Source: Vermamoeba vermiformis (Eukaryota). Taken from it: a stretch of DNA of 64,000 nucleotides. Under the pieces are notes generated by a model. That model had not been told where the DNA came from. It saw nothing but the letters and a program-made list of their open reading frames with translations, and did not search any database. Made by a program: the position numbers and the translations under genes. The stretch spans positions 1 through 64,000 of the forward strand of contig JBEWZL010000048.1 of the NCBI GenBank assembly GCA_045837725.1, written 5' to 3'. Position 1 is the first letter of the stretch, and the number at the start of each line of letters is the position of its first letter. Shown one piece after another: positions 26,028-39,101 of this stretch.

Positions 26028-29000
26028 CTAAAACAAGAGGGTCAACAAGCCGAACAAAGCACACACGCCGACTTGGTTGAACGAGGCACTTGATACTGAA
26101 GAAGGGTTGTTGCCGGCAGCTGAAGGGCTGCTTCCCGGGCCGTTACCGTTATCGAATGGGCTCGATGGGACGTCGTAGTTGATGTGCACACTGTAGCCGG
26201 GAATGGCCTCAACACCTGGAAATGGATGTTAGAACTGATACGCGAAGAGCAAAGGCAACGTTTGAGCTTACCTGTGGTCATAGAAACAAATTGAATGCCA
26301 TCAATAAAGCCTTCAAGCAGGCTGAGACCTGTCTGATGAGCGAGGTAAAAGCCCGCTACGTTCATTCCGGAGGTCAAGCCCATCTCAGCAAGAGGAACGC
26401 GAATGACAGACCAACGATCGTCAGCGGTGGGCTGCTCGTTAGTGTACGCAGCGCTGCTCAAATCGACGCCAGGGAAGCTTTGGTAGGTGTCATTCGGCAA
26501 ACGAATGCCAGTGCCAATGGTGAATACGCGTTGACCGTCTTTTGAGCCAACACGAGCTTTGAACTCGAGATGCGTGAAGCCAGAACCAACGGGATCGAAA
26601 TCAGCGTTCCAAGCTGGACGGCTAAAGTAAAAGCCCGAGTACGCAGGTACTTGGATCAAGTGCAAGCTAACGCTGCCGTCGTAGTATTGATCAGTTGAAG
26701 TGTTAGTGAGCTCTGAAGACCAAGTGTTGCGCCAGTCATCGTCAAAGATAACGTGTGCTGTTGAGAACAAATCAGTAAATAAGCTCAAGCAGTCTACTAC
26801 AACCCAAACTTACGTGCTTTGCCAGTGTCGGTCCATGTCATTCTGCCGTTGAGAGGCATAGGTCCGTTCTTCTCGCACCAGTTGACTTGCTTGCTGGAAT
26901 CGGGTGGAGAAGTAAACGCAGAGATCGAGCTGGGATCAATTCCAGTCACCGCACAGACGCCACCAGGGCAAGTAGCGGCAATCTGGTAAGTGTAGTAGTT
27001 GCCAGGCATAGACAAACCTAAATCGAGTAAGTCGCGTGACTTGTGTCGGAATGTGCCTTAGTTGCTTACCGTGGAACCAGCCCCAGTGATTGTCACGAGC
27101 CCACAAGTGAATCCACAACAACTTGGCAGTACCGTCGAAGTAGTAGGTGTAGGGATCAAGGTCGTTCTTAGAAGCACCGGCCTTCAAGGGAACCTCGTCG
27201 TACCAGGCCTTAATAGAGAAGGTCGTTCCAGAAGGGAATGGAATGGCAAGACGAACCCACTCGCCACCTTGAACGTAAGGAAGAATGACGTTAATCATTG
27301 ACGGAGTCTTGGAGCCATCGGGACCAAACATCAACAAGTGGTCGTAGTACATGCGAAGGTTGGTCATGTGCTCAATCACGGCCGTTATTTCAGTCGTGCC
27401 GTTGCCATAGTCGTAGCTGTCCTTTTGACGAGGGTCGAGCGTGACGGAAGCTCCGTCAATCAAACGAACGAGCTTGCCACCAATCACAGACCGAACAAAA
27501 GGTACAGTACCAGTGACGCTGTACTGAGGGGTGTTGGCGTCTTCAACTCTGAGGTTGCGGAGAGGGATTTGGTTGGGATAGCAAATGTGAGCATTCCATG
27601 AGGGCTTAGGGTCACAGCCAGAGAGTCTCAACTGAGCACCGAGACCAACGACAACAGCACCGCAAGTACCGGTCATTGAGCCATCAGAGTCAACTAAAGC
27701 AATACCCTACAGGACAAAATTAGCAAACCGATGAAGTACATTGGATGCGCCTTACCTTCATGGCATTCTGGTCACCTTGGAAGATCGATTGTTGATAGTA
27801 GACATTGTTGTCAACGTTGTAGAACTTCATGTTGAAGAACTTGTTCGAAGGACTCAAAGTGTTAGGTCCATCAAGTGCTGTGATCGCACCGCTTGGTCTG
27901 AAGGTGTTACCGGTCTTGACGAAAGTGTAGTCATTGAAGTTATAGAAGGTAATATCATTCCAGATCACACCACCTCCTGCATCATACGACTGAATGCCAA
28001 AGATGCCTTGAGCAAGACAGCAAGTGTAAGGAATGTATCTGCTTCGACCTTCTTCGTAATCGAAGTGAGGATTGCCAACATTGTCAGTCTCACCGACAAC
28101 AAGTGCTCCTTGGATCACGTTGATGCCAGGGCAGTTGATACCGATTGTGTTGTCAGCAACACGAGCATTGTGAATGATGAGGTTGTCACTGCGACCCCAA
28201 ATACCGTGATCGCGGCACTATTGTGAATAACGTTAGCGACAACAGAATGAACTTAATAATCCTCGTGTACGTACCTTGTATGCAGTAAACTCAACAACAA
28301 CGGAATCATCAGGAGTGTGTTGCTCGATAATGTTTTGAAGAGCAGTCAAATCAACGGTGCTGGGATCACTGACGAAGTTTGCCAAGATCATGTCGACGTC
28401 ACGAGGGATGTACGATGACAACTCAGTGTCTCCTTGATTGTTGATCTGACCGTCATCAAAGAACAAGCCTGATTGGATCATCGAGTGAGCTTTGTTGCGA
28501 ATGAACAATCCAAGCTTGGAGTGACGAGGCCACCATTCATATTTGGGCTCAGAAGCAGCGAGACCGAGAGGGTGAGTAGGCATTGCGAACCAGAAACCGA
28601 ACTGACCTCCAACTGCAACGTTGCCGATGAAGTCGTTGGAAGGGTTCGTGATCCAGAACATTGCTGGTCTGATTGAAATTATGTTAGCACGAAACCTTTA
28701 CGCTTGCTTTGAGGCTTACCTGAGATCAGAGGTCAACAAGACATCGAGAACGTGAGCAGAGATGGCCAAGTTGAAGTACAAGCGGTTGTGAGTCTCATCT
28801 GAGTCTTCAATGAAGAAGCAGTGACCGAGGCTGCGTTGTAATAGCTAGTTAGACAGAGGAACGATAAGAAGTTGGGTGACAATCAGACGTACGTGTTGAA
28901 GGCAACGTTGTTTTGCACGAGCAAGTTCGAGGTACCGTGAATGGTCAAGCAACGTTGGAACAAGTCGTGGAAACTACCGTGCGACACTCTGCTCTCTGAT

Positions 29001-30305
29001 TGATCTCCTGCAACGTGGTAGTGGATTGGATAGCGTGCTTTGAGTCCTTTCTGACCCATGTTCGTCACTTCAACTCCATAGAATCGACCGTGACCGGTAC
29101 CCATAACCATCACGTGACCACCCCTGTCAACCCATGTTAGTTGGCCGTTTATACTATGGCGCTAGTTATTATAGCGTTTTGACTTACCATCCATCATTGG
29201 TATCGACAGTGCCACGAATGACAATGTTGCGAGTCAGCATTCCGACTTCAGCACGCATGTCGATCTTGTCGTCTCCATTGCCTTGCCAGAACGATCCCCA
29301 GTGACCGTACTGCAGGGGTGAGTCCAAAGTCAACGTTCTATATTGAAATTTTCAGTAAGGAGTTTCAAGCGGTCAAATCTGCTACGTACCTTCCGTTAAT
29401 CGCAGTAACAGTGCGCTTTTCAGACTGTTTCGTGTTATCGTCATATTCCAAGTCAGTGCTTGCAATCACAATTTGGTCTCCGACTTGCCTAATAACAAAA
29501 TTTCAGTGTTATTCGAAATATCACTCGGAATTGATCCAAATTTAGTTGTTGATTACACACAATATCTTCCACAAAAAATACGAAGACAAATCATGAAGGA
29601 ATATATTTTAACAACGAGTCTAAAACGTACCATTGAACGTCTTCAGCAACGGTGATGGTTGTGGCACCGAAATTGACGTTGCCGTTCAAGTTTGTCCAAG
29701 TCGGGCCACGTACTGTTCCCCACATATCCAATTGACCATCGGGCCATACAGCAAGTACTAATGAACGTGTTAATTCAGCGGCTCATATTTATCCGATACA
29801 GATGCGTAGTGAGTTCCAAAATTTTGATCAGACTAAACAAATAAATTTGGCTAATCCAACAATCTTCATTTTACCTTTACTGCCGAAGCCGTCAGGATTC
29901 AAATTGAAGTCCTTGGTTCCGTGAAGAGTAATTGTGGATTTGGAATTATAAGTGCAATCCTCGTTACCTAAATCGCGGTATGTCAACAGAGAGCGATTAC
30001 GTATTTTACTCCATACCAATCCAAAGGTGGCCACCATTACGGACGTAAACAAAGTACGCATCCAACGTAAGCGACTTCTCATCGAAGATCAGGTCGCCAG
30101 AAATATGCAAGAAATGCATGACAGGGGTTGATTCGTCGAGGAGTATTTTTGTTCCACTCGGAATTGTTACATTTTGCATATCACCGGTTGGTTTACCGCT
30201 CCATGAAGACCAGCGTGTCAAATCTGATCGTTGGTGCGGGCAGTCCGCATTAACAAGTGCAATCAAACAAACGAGCACGCAAAGTGCTTTGAGTGTTCCT
30301 TGCAT
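26028..30305 (-). CDS. G8-domain CEMIP/TMEM2-like surface protein, copy B
   Basis: Paralogous exon series to copy A; ATG of MQGTLKALCV at 30305; ends GVCALFGLLTLLF* (TAG at 26028-26030). Confidence 0.88.
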
Positions 30306-30441
30306 GTTGTTGCTTGTTGGTAAATGACGTTGAAATGAAGATAAAATTTGATTCAGTTTTACAACTGCCAAAATTTTAAATATGGCAAATTAAGATCGTA
30401 GGCCCAACTCGCTGACTAAGCATATTTACTTACGTGTTAAA

Positions 30442-33400
30442 TTAAAATAGACATAACAAACAAAATACGAGGAGCGATAATTGCACAAGAATAGTGCTGC
30501 CGCCTGAAAGTGCCTTAGAGCTCGGGTTATTACTGTTGCTAGACGGACTGCTTCCGGGAGCATTGCCACCATCGAACGGACTCGACGGAACGTCGTACTC
30601 AATGTTCACGCTGTAGCCAGGGATGGCCTCAACACCTGATAAACGTTAGATCCACGTGACGACCCTCACCAGGGGATAATTGACTTACTTGTGGTCATTG
30701 AAACGAGTTGAATGCCATCAAAGTAACCCTCAAGCAACTTAGAGCCTGAACGGTGCGCGATGTACATGCCAGCCAAGTTAAAACCGGATTCCAAGCCTTT
30801 GAAATCAGACAGCGGAACACGGATGACAGACCAGCGAGCGTCGGTAGTCGGTTGCTCGTTGCTATAAGCGGGGCTGCTTAAGTCTACTGCAGGAAAGCTG
30901 ACCCAAGTTCCGTTAGAGATAGGACCGCCTATTGCTATGAAATAGGTACGATCTGCGTCTAAAGATCCGACACGCGCTTTGAACTCGATGTGAGTGTAGC
31001 CAGAGGCAATAGGGTCAAAGTTAGTTTGCCAGTATTTATCACGGCTAAGGTAGACGCCATTATAACCCTTCAAGTTTCGCAAGAGGATGCTAGTGCTGCC
31101 GTCGTACGCTTGGTCAGTTGATAGACTCAGAGTTGCGGCAGTCGAATTCCAAAGATTGCGCCAAGCATCATCAAACACGACATAAGCTGTAGGACGTTAG
31201 TGCGAGCAAGGAATAGGTCACGCAAACTTACGTTGCTTGCCAGTGTCGGTCCAAACCATTCTTCCGTTAAGGGGCAAGGGTCCATTGTTCTCGCATCGGC
31301 TAACAGCCTTGTCTGCGTCGGGCACTGGAGTGATTGCGCTAATTGAATTGTAGTCGATGCCTTTGACAGAACAATCACCTCCAGGGCAGGTGGCGGTAAT
31401 CTTGAATGTCGGATAGTTGGCAGGCAAGGTAAGGCCTGACAAAGTTAGCTCACAAATAAACTTAAAGCGTACAACTTACCGTGGTACCAAGCATATACAG
31501 TATCCGGCGCAGTGATATGAAGCCATAAAAGTTGCGTAGCATCGTCGTAGTAATATTTCAAAGAGTCAAGCTCGTCCTTAGAGTTGACAGGTGTCATTAC
31601 ATCATCACCGTACCAAGCAATGATTGAGAAAGTGGTGCCTGAAGGGTAAGGAATGGCAAGTCGCATCCAGGTACCACCTTCAATGTAAGCGAACACAATG
31701 TTGACTTTGTTTGGAGTCTTGGAGCCATCGGGACCGAACATCAACAAGTGGTCGTAGTACATGCGAAGGTTCGTCATGTACTCCATTGCGGCAGTAATTT
31801 CAGTCGTGCCATTGCCATAGTCATAGCTGTCCTTTTGACGAGGGTCGAGCACAACCATTGCGTGATCGTGCAAACGAACAAGCTTGCCACCAATTTGTGC
31901 TCTAACTTCTTCAAGTACGCCAGTGACACGATTTTGATCGTTGCCGTCTTCAAAGCCAACGTTCTGCAAGGGAACTTGGTTCGGGGGACACACCGCAGCA
32001 TTCCATTCTGGCTTTTCAACACAACCAGGGAGTCTCAACTGAGCGCCTAAACCAACGATAACTGAACCACAAGTACCAGTGATCGAGCCGTCAGAATCGA
32101 CCAAGGCGATACCCTATTAAAAGTTAGTCACGGGTACTTCGAAAGACAGAAACGACTCACTCTCATAGCATTCTGTCCAGAACGGAAGATGGACTCTTGG
32201 AAGTAGACATGGTTGTCAACGTTGTTGAACTTCATGTTGAAGAACTTGTTAATAGGGCTCAGTGTGTTGGGTCCATCAAGTGCTGTGATCGCACCGCTTG
32301 GTCTGAAGGTGTTACCGGTCTTGACGAAAGTGTAGTCATTGAAGTTATAGAAGGTAATATCATTCCAGATCACACCACCTCCTGCATCATATGACTGAAC
32401 GCCAAAGATGCCTTGACCAAGACAGCAAGTGTAAGGAATGTATCTGCTTCGACCTTCTTCAAAGTCGAAGTGAGGATTGCCAACATTATCAGTCTCACCG
32501 ACAACAAGTGCTCCTTGGATAATGTTGATGCCAGGGCAGTTGATACCGATTGTGTTGTCAGCAACACGTGCATTGTGAATGATGAGATTGTCACTGCGAC
32601 CCCAAATACCGTGCTCACGGCACTATTGTGAGTAACATTAGCACAATAGAATGAACTTAATAGTCTTCGTGTACGTACCTTGTAAGCAGTAAACTCAACA
32701 ATAACAGCATTCAAAGGTTGGAAATCTTGGATCATTGCTTTCAAAACGTCCAAATCTGTTGCGCTAGGATTGTCGACAAAGTTGTTTAAGATCATGTCGA
32801 CGTCTCGCGGAGAGTATGTCGAGAGCTCAGTGTCTCCTTGATTGTTGATCTGACCGTCATCGAAAAACAAGCCTGATTGGGTCATCGAGTGAGCTTTGTT
32901 GCGAATGAACAATCCAAGCTTGGAGTGACGAGGCCACCATAGGTACTTTGGATCTGATGCTGCAAAGCCAAGCGGATGAAGAGGCATTGCGAACCAGAAA
33001 CCGAACTGACCTCCAACTGCAACGTTGCCGACAAAATCATTGCTAGGATTGGTGATCCAGAACATTGCTGGTCTGTGAACGGATTAGAAATGCACTTACT
33101 GATACTCTTTGACATTGATTTACCTGCGATCTGACGTCAACAAAGAGTCAAGGACCTTAGCTTGAATGGCCAAGTTGAAGTACAAGCGGTTGTGAGTCTC
33201 ATCTGAGTCTTCAATGAAAAAACAGTGACCGAAACTATGATGGATTAGCAATTGAATTACATGATGTGACGGTGGACGTACGTATTGAAGGCAACATTGT
33301 TTTGGACCAACAAGTTCGAAGTTCCGTGAAGTGTCAAGCAACGTTGGAACAAGTCGTGGAAGCTGCAATGCGACACTCTGCTCTCTGATTGGTCTCCTGC

Positions 33401-34791
33401 AACGTGATAATGGATTGGATAGCGTGCTTTGAGTCCTTTCTGACCCATGTTCGTCACTTCAACTCCATAGAATCGACCGTGACCAGACTCCATAACCATC
33501 ACGTGACCTCCCCTATCAACCCATGTTATTTGGCCGTTATTACAACGCGTTTGTACAGCAGTCTCACGACTTACCATCCATCATTGGTATCGACAGTGCC
33601 ACGAATGACAATGTTGCGAGTCAACATTCCGACTTCAGCACGCATGTCGATTTTGTCGTCTCCATTGCCTTGCCAGAACGAGCCCCAGTGACCGAGCTGC
33701 AAAGGTGAGTCCAAAGTCAACGTTCTAATCACAGGTCAGTAAAGCTATCACGAGATAAGGTCACTTTGCCTTCCGCTAATTGCAGTAATAGTGCGCTGTT
33801 CAGATTGTTTCGTGTTATCGTCATATTCCAAGTCAGTACTTGCAATCACAATTTGGTCTCCAACTTGCCTAATAACAAAATTTCAGTGTTATTCGAAATA
33901 TCACTCGGAATTGATCCAAATTTAGTTGTTGATTACACACAATATCTTCCACAAAAAATACGAAGACAAATCATGAAGGAATATATTTTAACAACGAGTC
34001 TAAAACGTACCATTGAACGTCTTCAGCAACGGTGATGGTTGTGGCACCGAAATTGACGTTGCCGTTCAAGTTTGTCCAGGTCGGGCCGCGTACTGTTCCC
34101 CACATGTCCAATTCGCCTCCCATCCATACTCCGAGGACTAATAATACTCAAGTTAGATCAACCGTTAATGAATTTAGCTCGCCACGGGTACAAACTATCG
34201 TTGGAGGTTGAGCGTATGGAAAATCAAAATTTGAGTTACAAAAGGTATTATACGCTTCTAGAGCTCAATATTTTGCACTTTACTTGCCTTTACTTCCAAA
34301 ATTGTCGGGATTGAGGTTGAAGTCTTTGCTTCCGTGCAGAGTGATCGTGGCCTTCGAGTTATAGTTACAATCCTCGCTACCTTTAATAGGATAGGATTAT
34401 TAGACGGTTCCATGGCAAGAAAAGATTTTTTGAAATCCGTACAACCAAATCAGTAATTTCAATTTACGAACTAGCGTCATTAATATTGAAACATACCAAT
34501 CCATAAATGACCTCCTTCGCGAACATAAATATAATGGGCATCAAGAGTCACATCCTTTTCGTCAAAGATCAAATCTCCGAAAATATGCAAGTAGTTCATG
34601 ACTGGAGTGTTAACATCGAGCAATATCTTAGTGCCAGCAGGGATAGTAACGTTGGTACCATCGGTAGTGGGCTTTTTATCCCACCCAGACCACCGAGTCA
34701 AATCTGATCGCTGATGCGGGCAGTCCGCTACAGCAATGGACACGATAGTCCATACGCACACTAAGAATAATAATCCCTTGAGTGGTTGCAT
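30442..34791 (-). CDS. G8-domain CEMIP/TMEM2-like surface protein, copy C
   Basis: Paralogous exon series; MQPLKGLLFLVC signal peptide; ends LSLLVFCLLCLF* (TAA at 30442-30444); requires two GC-AG introns. Confidence 0.86.
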
Positions 34792-35225
34792 GGCTTGCTA
34801 ATTTTACTATGCGTTCCAGCACGAGCTTTTTTTAGCTTTAGCCGCGTAAACCAGCGGGTTTTCGTTTTTTCGTACGGCCGACATTATTGCCAACAAGTAG
34901 GTGATAACTACACAAAAGGAAACCACGCATTAGTTGTCAATCCCGCGAAGGATAGTTCTGATCGCAGTGAAGTGCGCTTCGCGGGCATCGACCTAATCTA
35001 ACGTTAGCCATGCCCGGCTATTAATAGGTAAATTAAAATATTCACCGTAGTGTTGCACATAATCACTTGAATGCTGCGGAATAACTTTCAAATTTTTTGC
35101 GCGCCAAGTACGCTCAAACAAATTTAAAAGATTTTTTTGTTTTTCGGTCTCGCTGCTCCGCGCTACCACAAGGTTTTTCTCGCGTCATATCGGTTATTTT
35201 TATTTATTTTATACCTGTTAACACC

Positions 35226-37162
35226 ATGGAGACGTTGTCTGAGTACGAGAAACAACGTCTGCAGAAGATCAACCAAAACAAGAAACTGCTGGCATCTCTC
35301 GACTTGCCAAGTTTACCATTGAAGAGACAAGCTGCAAAACAAAAAGGGCCGAGCACCAAGCGCCAAAAGCTCGATGTCACACCTCAACCAACCTTCCGGA
35401 TGTCTCTACGATCGAAAGGTAGACCAAACATTTTTTAAAAATTCAAGGATGCCTAGATAATTGCGTTCTTGTTATCTTTTGATAAGTTTATCAACCCGCA
35501 AGCAGCCCAAACCGCCACGAATTTCTAAGAAATTATTTCTGGCCCTTTTTACTCGCGATCCAGCGCTGGCGCTAGCTTTCCCCTCAGAACTCGCTACTAA
35601 TAGTGACGTATAGGCCCTAATGAGCAACAACAAGAGGAAGAGGTACAAATACGCGAGCCGGTACGCGTTCCCAAGGTTGGTGATGTCACTTTGGATGCCG
35701 CGTACTACAAGTTCGAGGAGTTCGTTACAGTGGAGTCAGGTACATGTTCAAACTTGTATTTCTTTATATCTACACATCTTTTACCCATATATGTTATTTT
35801 CGTCCTACGACTATTGATACTAACCTCGTGTAGCGGCCAAATACGTGGCGGATCTGAATAAGGTTTTGGCTAGCAGTGCATCGAGTAAATCAAAAGCTAA
35901 ACAGTCCAGCTCGAGCAAGAAAGTGACATCGTATTGGTCTACTGCTCCTCAACCTCGTTGGATCGACAAAGTAGTTCCCGATCGAATTTTCTCGTTGGCT
36001 GTGCATCCGACGGCAGAAAAGTTGCTGGTTGCTGTTGGTGACAAATGGGGCAGATTAGGCCTTTGGGTAATGCTTAATCACACCTGGTTACCTTATAGTA
36101 TGCTAATCATTGCCTGCAGGACATTTCAGTTGACCACATCCAAGGCCACACTCCCGCGGTGAATACGAGCGTGGATGAAGAGGACGACAAAGAAAATTCT
36201 TCGGAGAATGCACAACAAGAGGGAGGATCAAAGAAGAAACGTAAACAAGAGAAGAAGTATGCTACCGAGACCGAGTACTATGACGAGAGAAAGAACATTG
36301 TGCATTGCTTCGAGCCACACGTCAAACCAATTTATTCCTTGCAAATCAAATCATTCGAGCCGTACAAAATATACTCCTCAAGCTACGACGGTGTTGTGCG
36401 TTGTCTCGATCTGCAGAAGAAGATGTGTTTGGAGCTCTATCGTGAGGAAGACCCTCGCGCCGACGGCCTGACCTACATTGACATTGCCTGCGACAACACT
36501 ATGATGTACATTGGTAACTCTTCGGGCTCAGTCATTGCTTACGACCGACGCGAAAAGTCGACTGATGGCACCAGCTACGACGTGCATGACCGCAAGGTGA
36601 CACATTTGTCTTGTCACCCGAACAGCTCGCATTTGTTGGCCACGTCATCACTCGATAAAACAGTCAAGATCTGGGATTGCAGGAAGCTCAACAACAAGAA
36701 ACTAGAGCCACTGAGCACAATCACACATGGTCAGTCAGTCACATCGGTTGATTGGAGTCCATCCGGCACTAAAATTTTGACGACTTCGTTGGACGACACG
36801 TGTCGTGTGTACAGTTGCAAGAATGGCAAAGTCACCGACGAAAAGAAATACGTCTCTATTGCGCACAACAATCATACGGGTCGATGGATTTCTGCATTTA
36901 GAGCCATGGTAGGTTACACAAACTTCAGCTCACCAATGTTCTAATGACTTTTTAGTTTGACCCTCGCAGCGACGACTACTTTGTCATCGGCAATATGAAT
37001 CGTGCACTCGAGGTCTATTCAGCCAAGAACGGAGATCTGTTGCACTTTGTCAGCGACGAAGATATCATCACTGCAATTCCCTCGTTGAACGTCATTCATC
37101 CGAAGCTCGATAACGTTGTCGTGTCTGCTAATGCCAGTGGACGAGTGTTAGTTTTTAATTAA
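35226..37162 (+). CDS. WDR76: WD repeat-containing protein 76 / DNA damage-binding protein CMR1 homolog
   Basis: N-terminal LSEYEKQRLQKINQNKKLLASL; KVVPDRIFSLAVHP...VAVGDKWGRLGLW; HNNHTGRWISAFRA, all characteristic of Cmr1/WDR76. Confidence 0.9.
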
Positions 37163-37214
37163 ACTAATCATTGTTTTATTAGTTCACAAACGTCTGCTAA
37201 TATCTACATGCTTA

Positions 37215-38748
37215 TTAAACTAACCAAGCTAAGGATCCCAAAAATGCGGTCGGGATCAAAACGGATGCATCCGAGCTCTTAGCTATAGGGCTGCTTGAAG
37301 GCGAGTTGTTGTTATTACTACCAGGGCTATTAGAGTTGGTTGGGTTGTTAGGGCTAGTCGGATTATTGGAGCCAACGGACGGTGAAATGTCTGCGCGACA
37401 CGATGTGTTTGGTAAGTCATTCATCCAAGAGCTTAAATCATATCTTACCTTGAGCAACAAAATTCTTTGCAACGTTCCAAGCTGCATCGAAATATGCCAA
37501 TCGTTGACTTAAGCCACTGTCTGTAGTGGTTGTTAGGTGGATCCAAAGTAGGAGTGGATGTGGATCACGAATTTTTGACTTACCATTCAACGAGCCAAAT
37601 ATACAGCGAGATACTTCATAATAACCTGTTGGTGGATCTTGTGTGCCCTTGCCAACGTCGGCATCGATTCTCAAGTCACCACATCCCTGGAACCCGAGCA
37701 TTTGTTCCGATCCAGTCTTGAACCACCATCCCTGCAAGCCATTAGTTATACACTATGTGCAATTAAAATATTAACGTACACCCGTTAAAAAAGCAAGTTC
37801 AGGACGACCAACAATCACGGAGGCTTCTGGATCTGTTCCACACGTGCACTTGTCAGTTGCAGTGCATGATGGAAACGCGTCAGTGAATGCTTGTTTCATT
37901 TCAGGAATTTGAGTGCATGCTACGCGGTAGTTAGCTGGTATCTATCAAAAGAATTAGGGTATGGTTAGTCAGGTACATCCAAAAAAATCGATTTGCTCCT
38001 ACCATATGAATAGCACCAGCGCCATTATCAGCAGGTTGATAAAAAGTGTTCAAACCAGCCGTTTCATGTCTGTTAAACGACACAAATTGAGTACCGGATC
38101 TAGTTTAACCATTTTAGGAAATTATTATAATTACCTGACTTGAGCAATGAACGTTGCAATGCGAACAGGACAATTTAAGTCGTATCGTTCCATGGCATTA
38201 ATAATATGCGAAATATAGGCGCTGCAATTGTTGCATTGGTACTCTAGCATTGCAGCTAATTCACATTCGCTGATTGTATAGCGGATAGAGCAAGTATCGC
38301 CTGCGCCGTTGTTGCCACTAGTACCAGGGGCTTTAAGAGTTTCGTTCGAGCTATTATTCAGAGCGTATTAGTGAAATATACTGCGATTATCGTTTTTAAC
38401 ACAGAATCTTTTTTGCAATTAATTCGATTATTAAATTTCATAATTAGAATTAATTATTGATTAATATTGGCGTCATAATTGACTAGTATTTATGATTTAA
38501 TAATCGATAATAATTAAAAATTTAATTAATTTGAATTACCATGGCTTTCCAACTACTTGTCCGTCGCATCCGCTTTGACAACCAGTGCCGCAATACTCAG
38601 CAGTACTACCGCAATAGCCATACTGGCTGCAGCAAGGTGAGCCCGGCGTCGTGCACACAGCATTTCCAGCGTCTTTGCCGCACACCGCTTGCCCTTTCAC
38701 TATCGCGCCTAGCGCCAACACTACTACACACAACACGTATGCTTTCAT
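37215..38748 (-). CDS. Hevein-type chitin-binding domain (CBM18) + glycoside hydrolase family 19-like domain + Ser/Asn/Pro linker + probable GPI signal
   Basis: CG....GNAVC....[56 protein letters not shown]...WWF; LNG...GLSQRLAYF. Confidence 0.82.
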
Positions 38749-39101
38749 TGATCTTATTGGTAAAATATATTTTGGGGTTGAAACGAATTTTCTGTTTTAT
38801 CAACAGCCACTCCCATGAAACAAGAAATTTGGTCGTGAACAAGTAATAAAATTTAACAAAGTTCGTCATAGATCACAACATATTTTGCCCACTTGGCGGT
38901 TTTCCATGCTAGACCGTAAGAATTCTATTCGTTTTGTTCGTTTTTTTGTCAGTACTGACAGTTTAAACAGCGCAACGTTTGGCTCTATGTTACAAAGGGC
39001 AATATTTTTGTTAAGAACACGCGCATTTCAATTCTAGTCGCTGATCCTGGAAATAATAAACGAGCGCAACAACAAGAGTACAAAAAAGTACGGGCTGTTG
39101 T

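Noticed and set aside
29473-29655. Identical plus-strand ORF duplicated at about 33853-34035
   Set aside because: It is the antisense reading of the converted intron and flanking exons, not an independent gene
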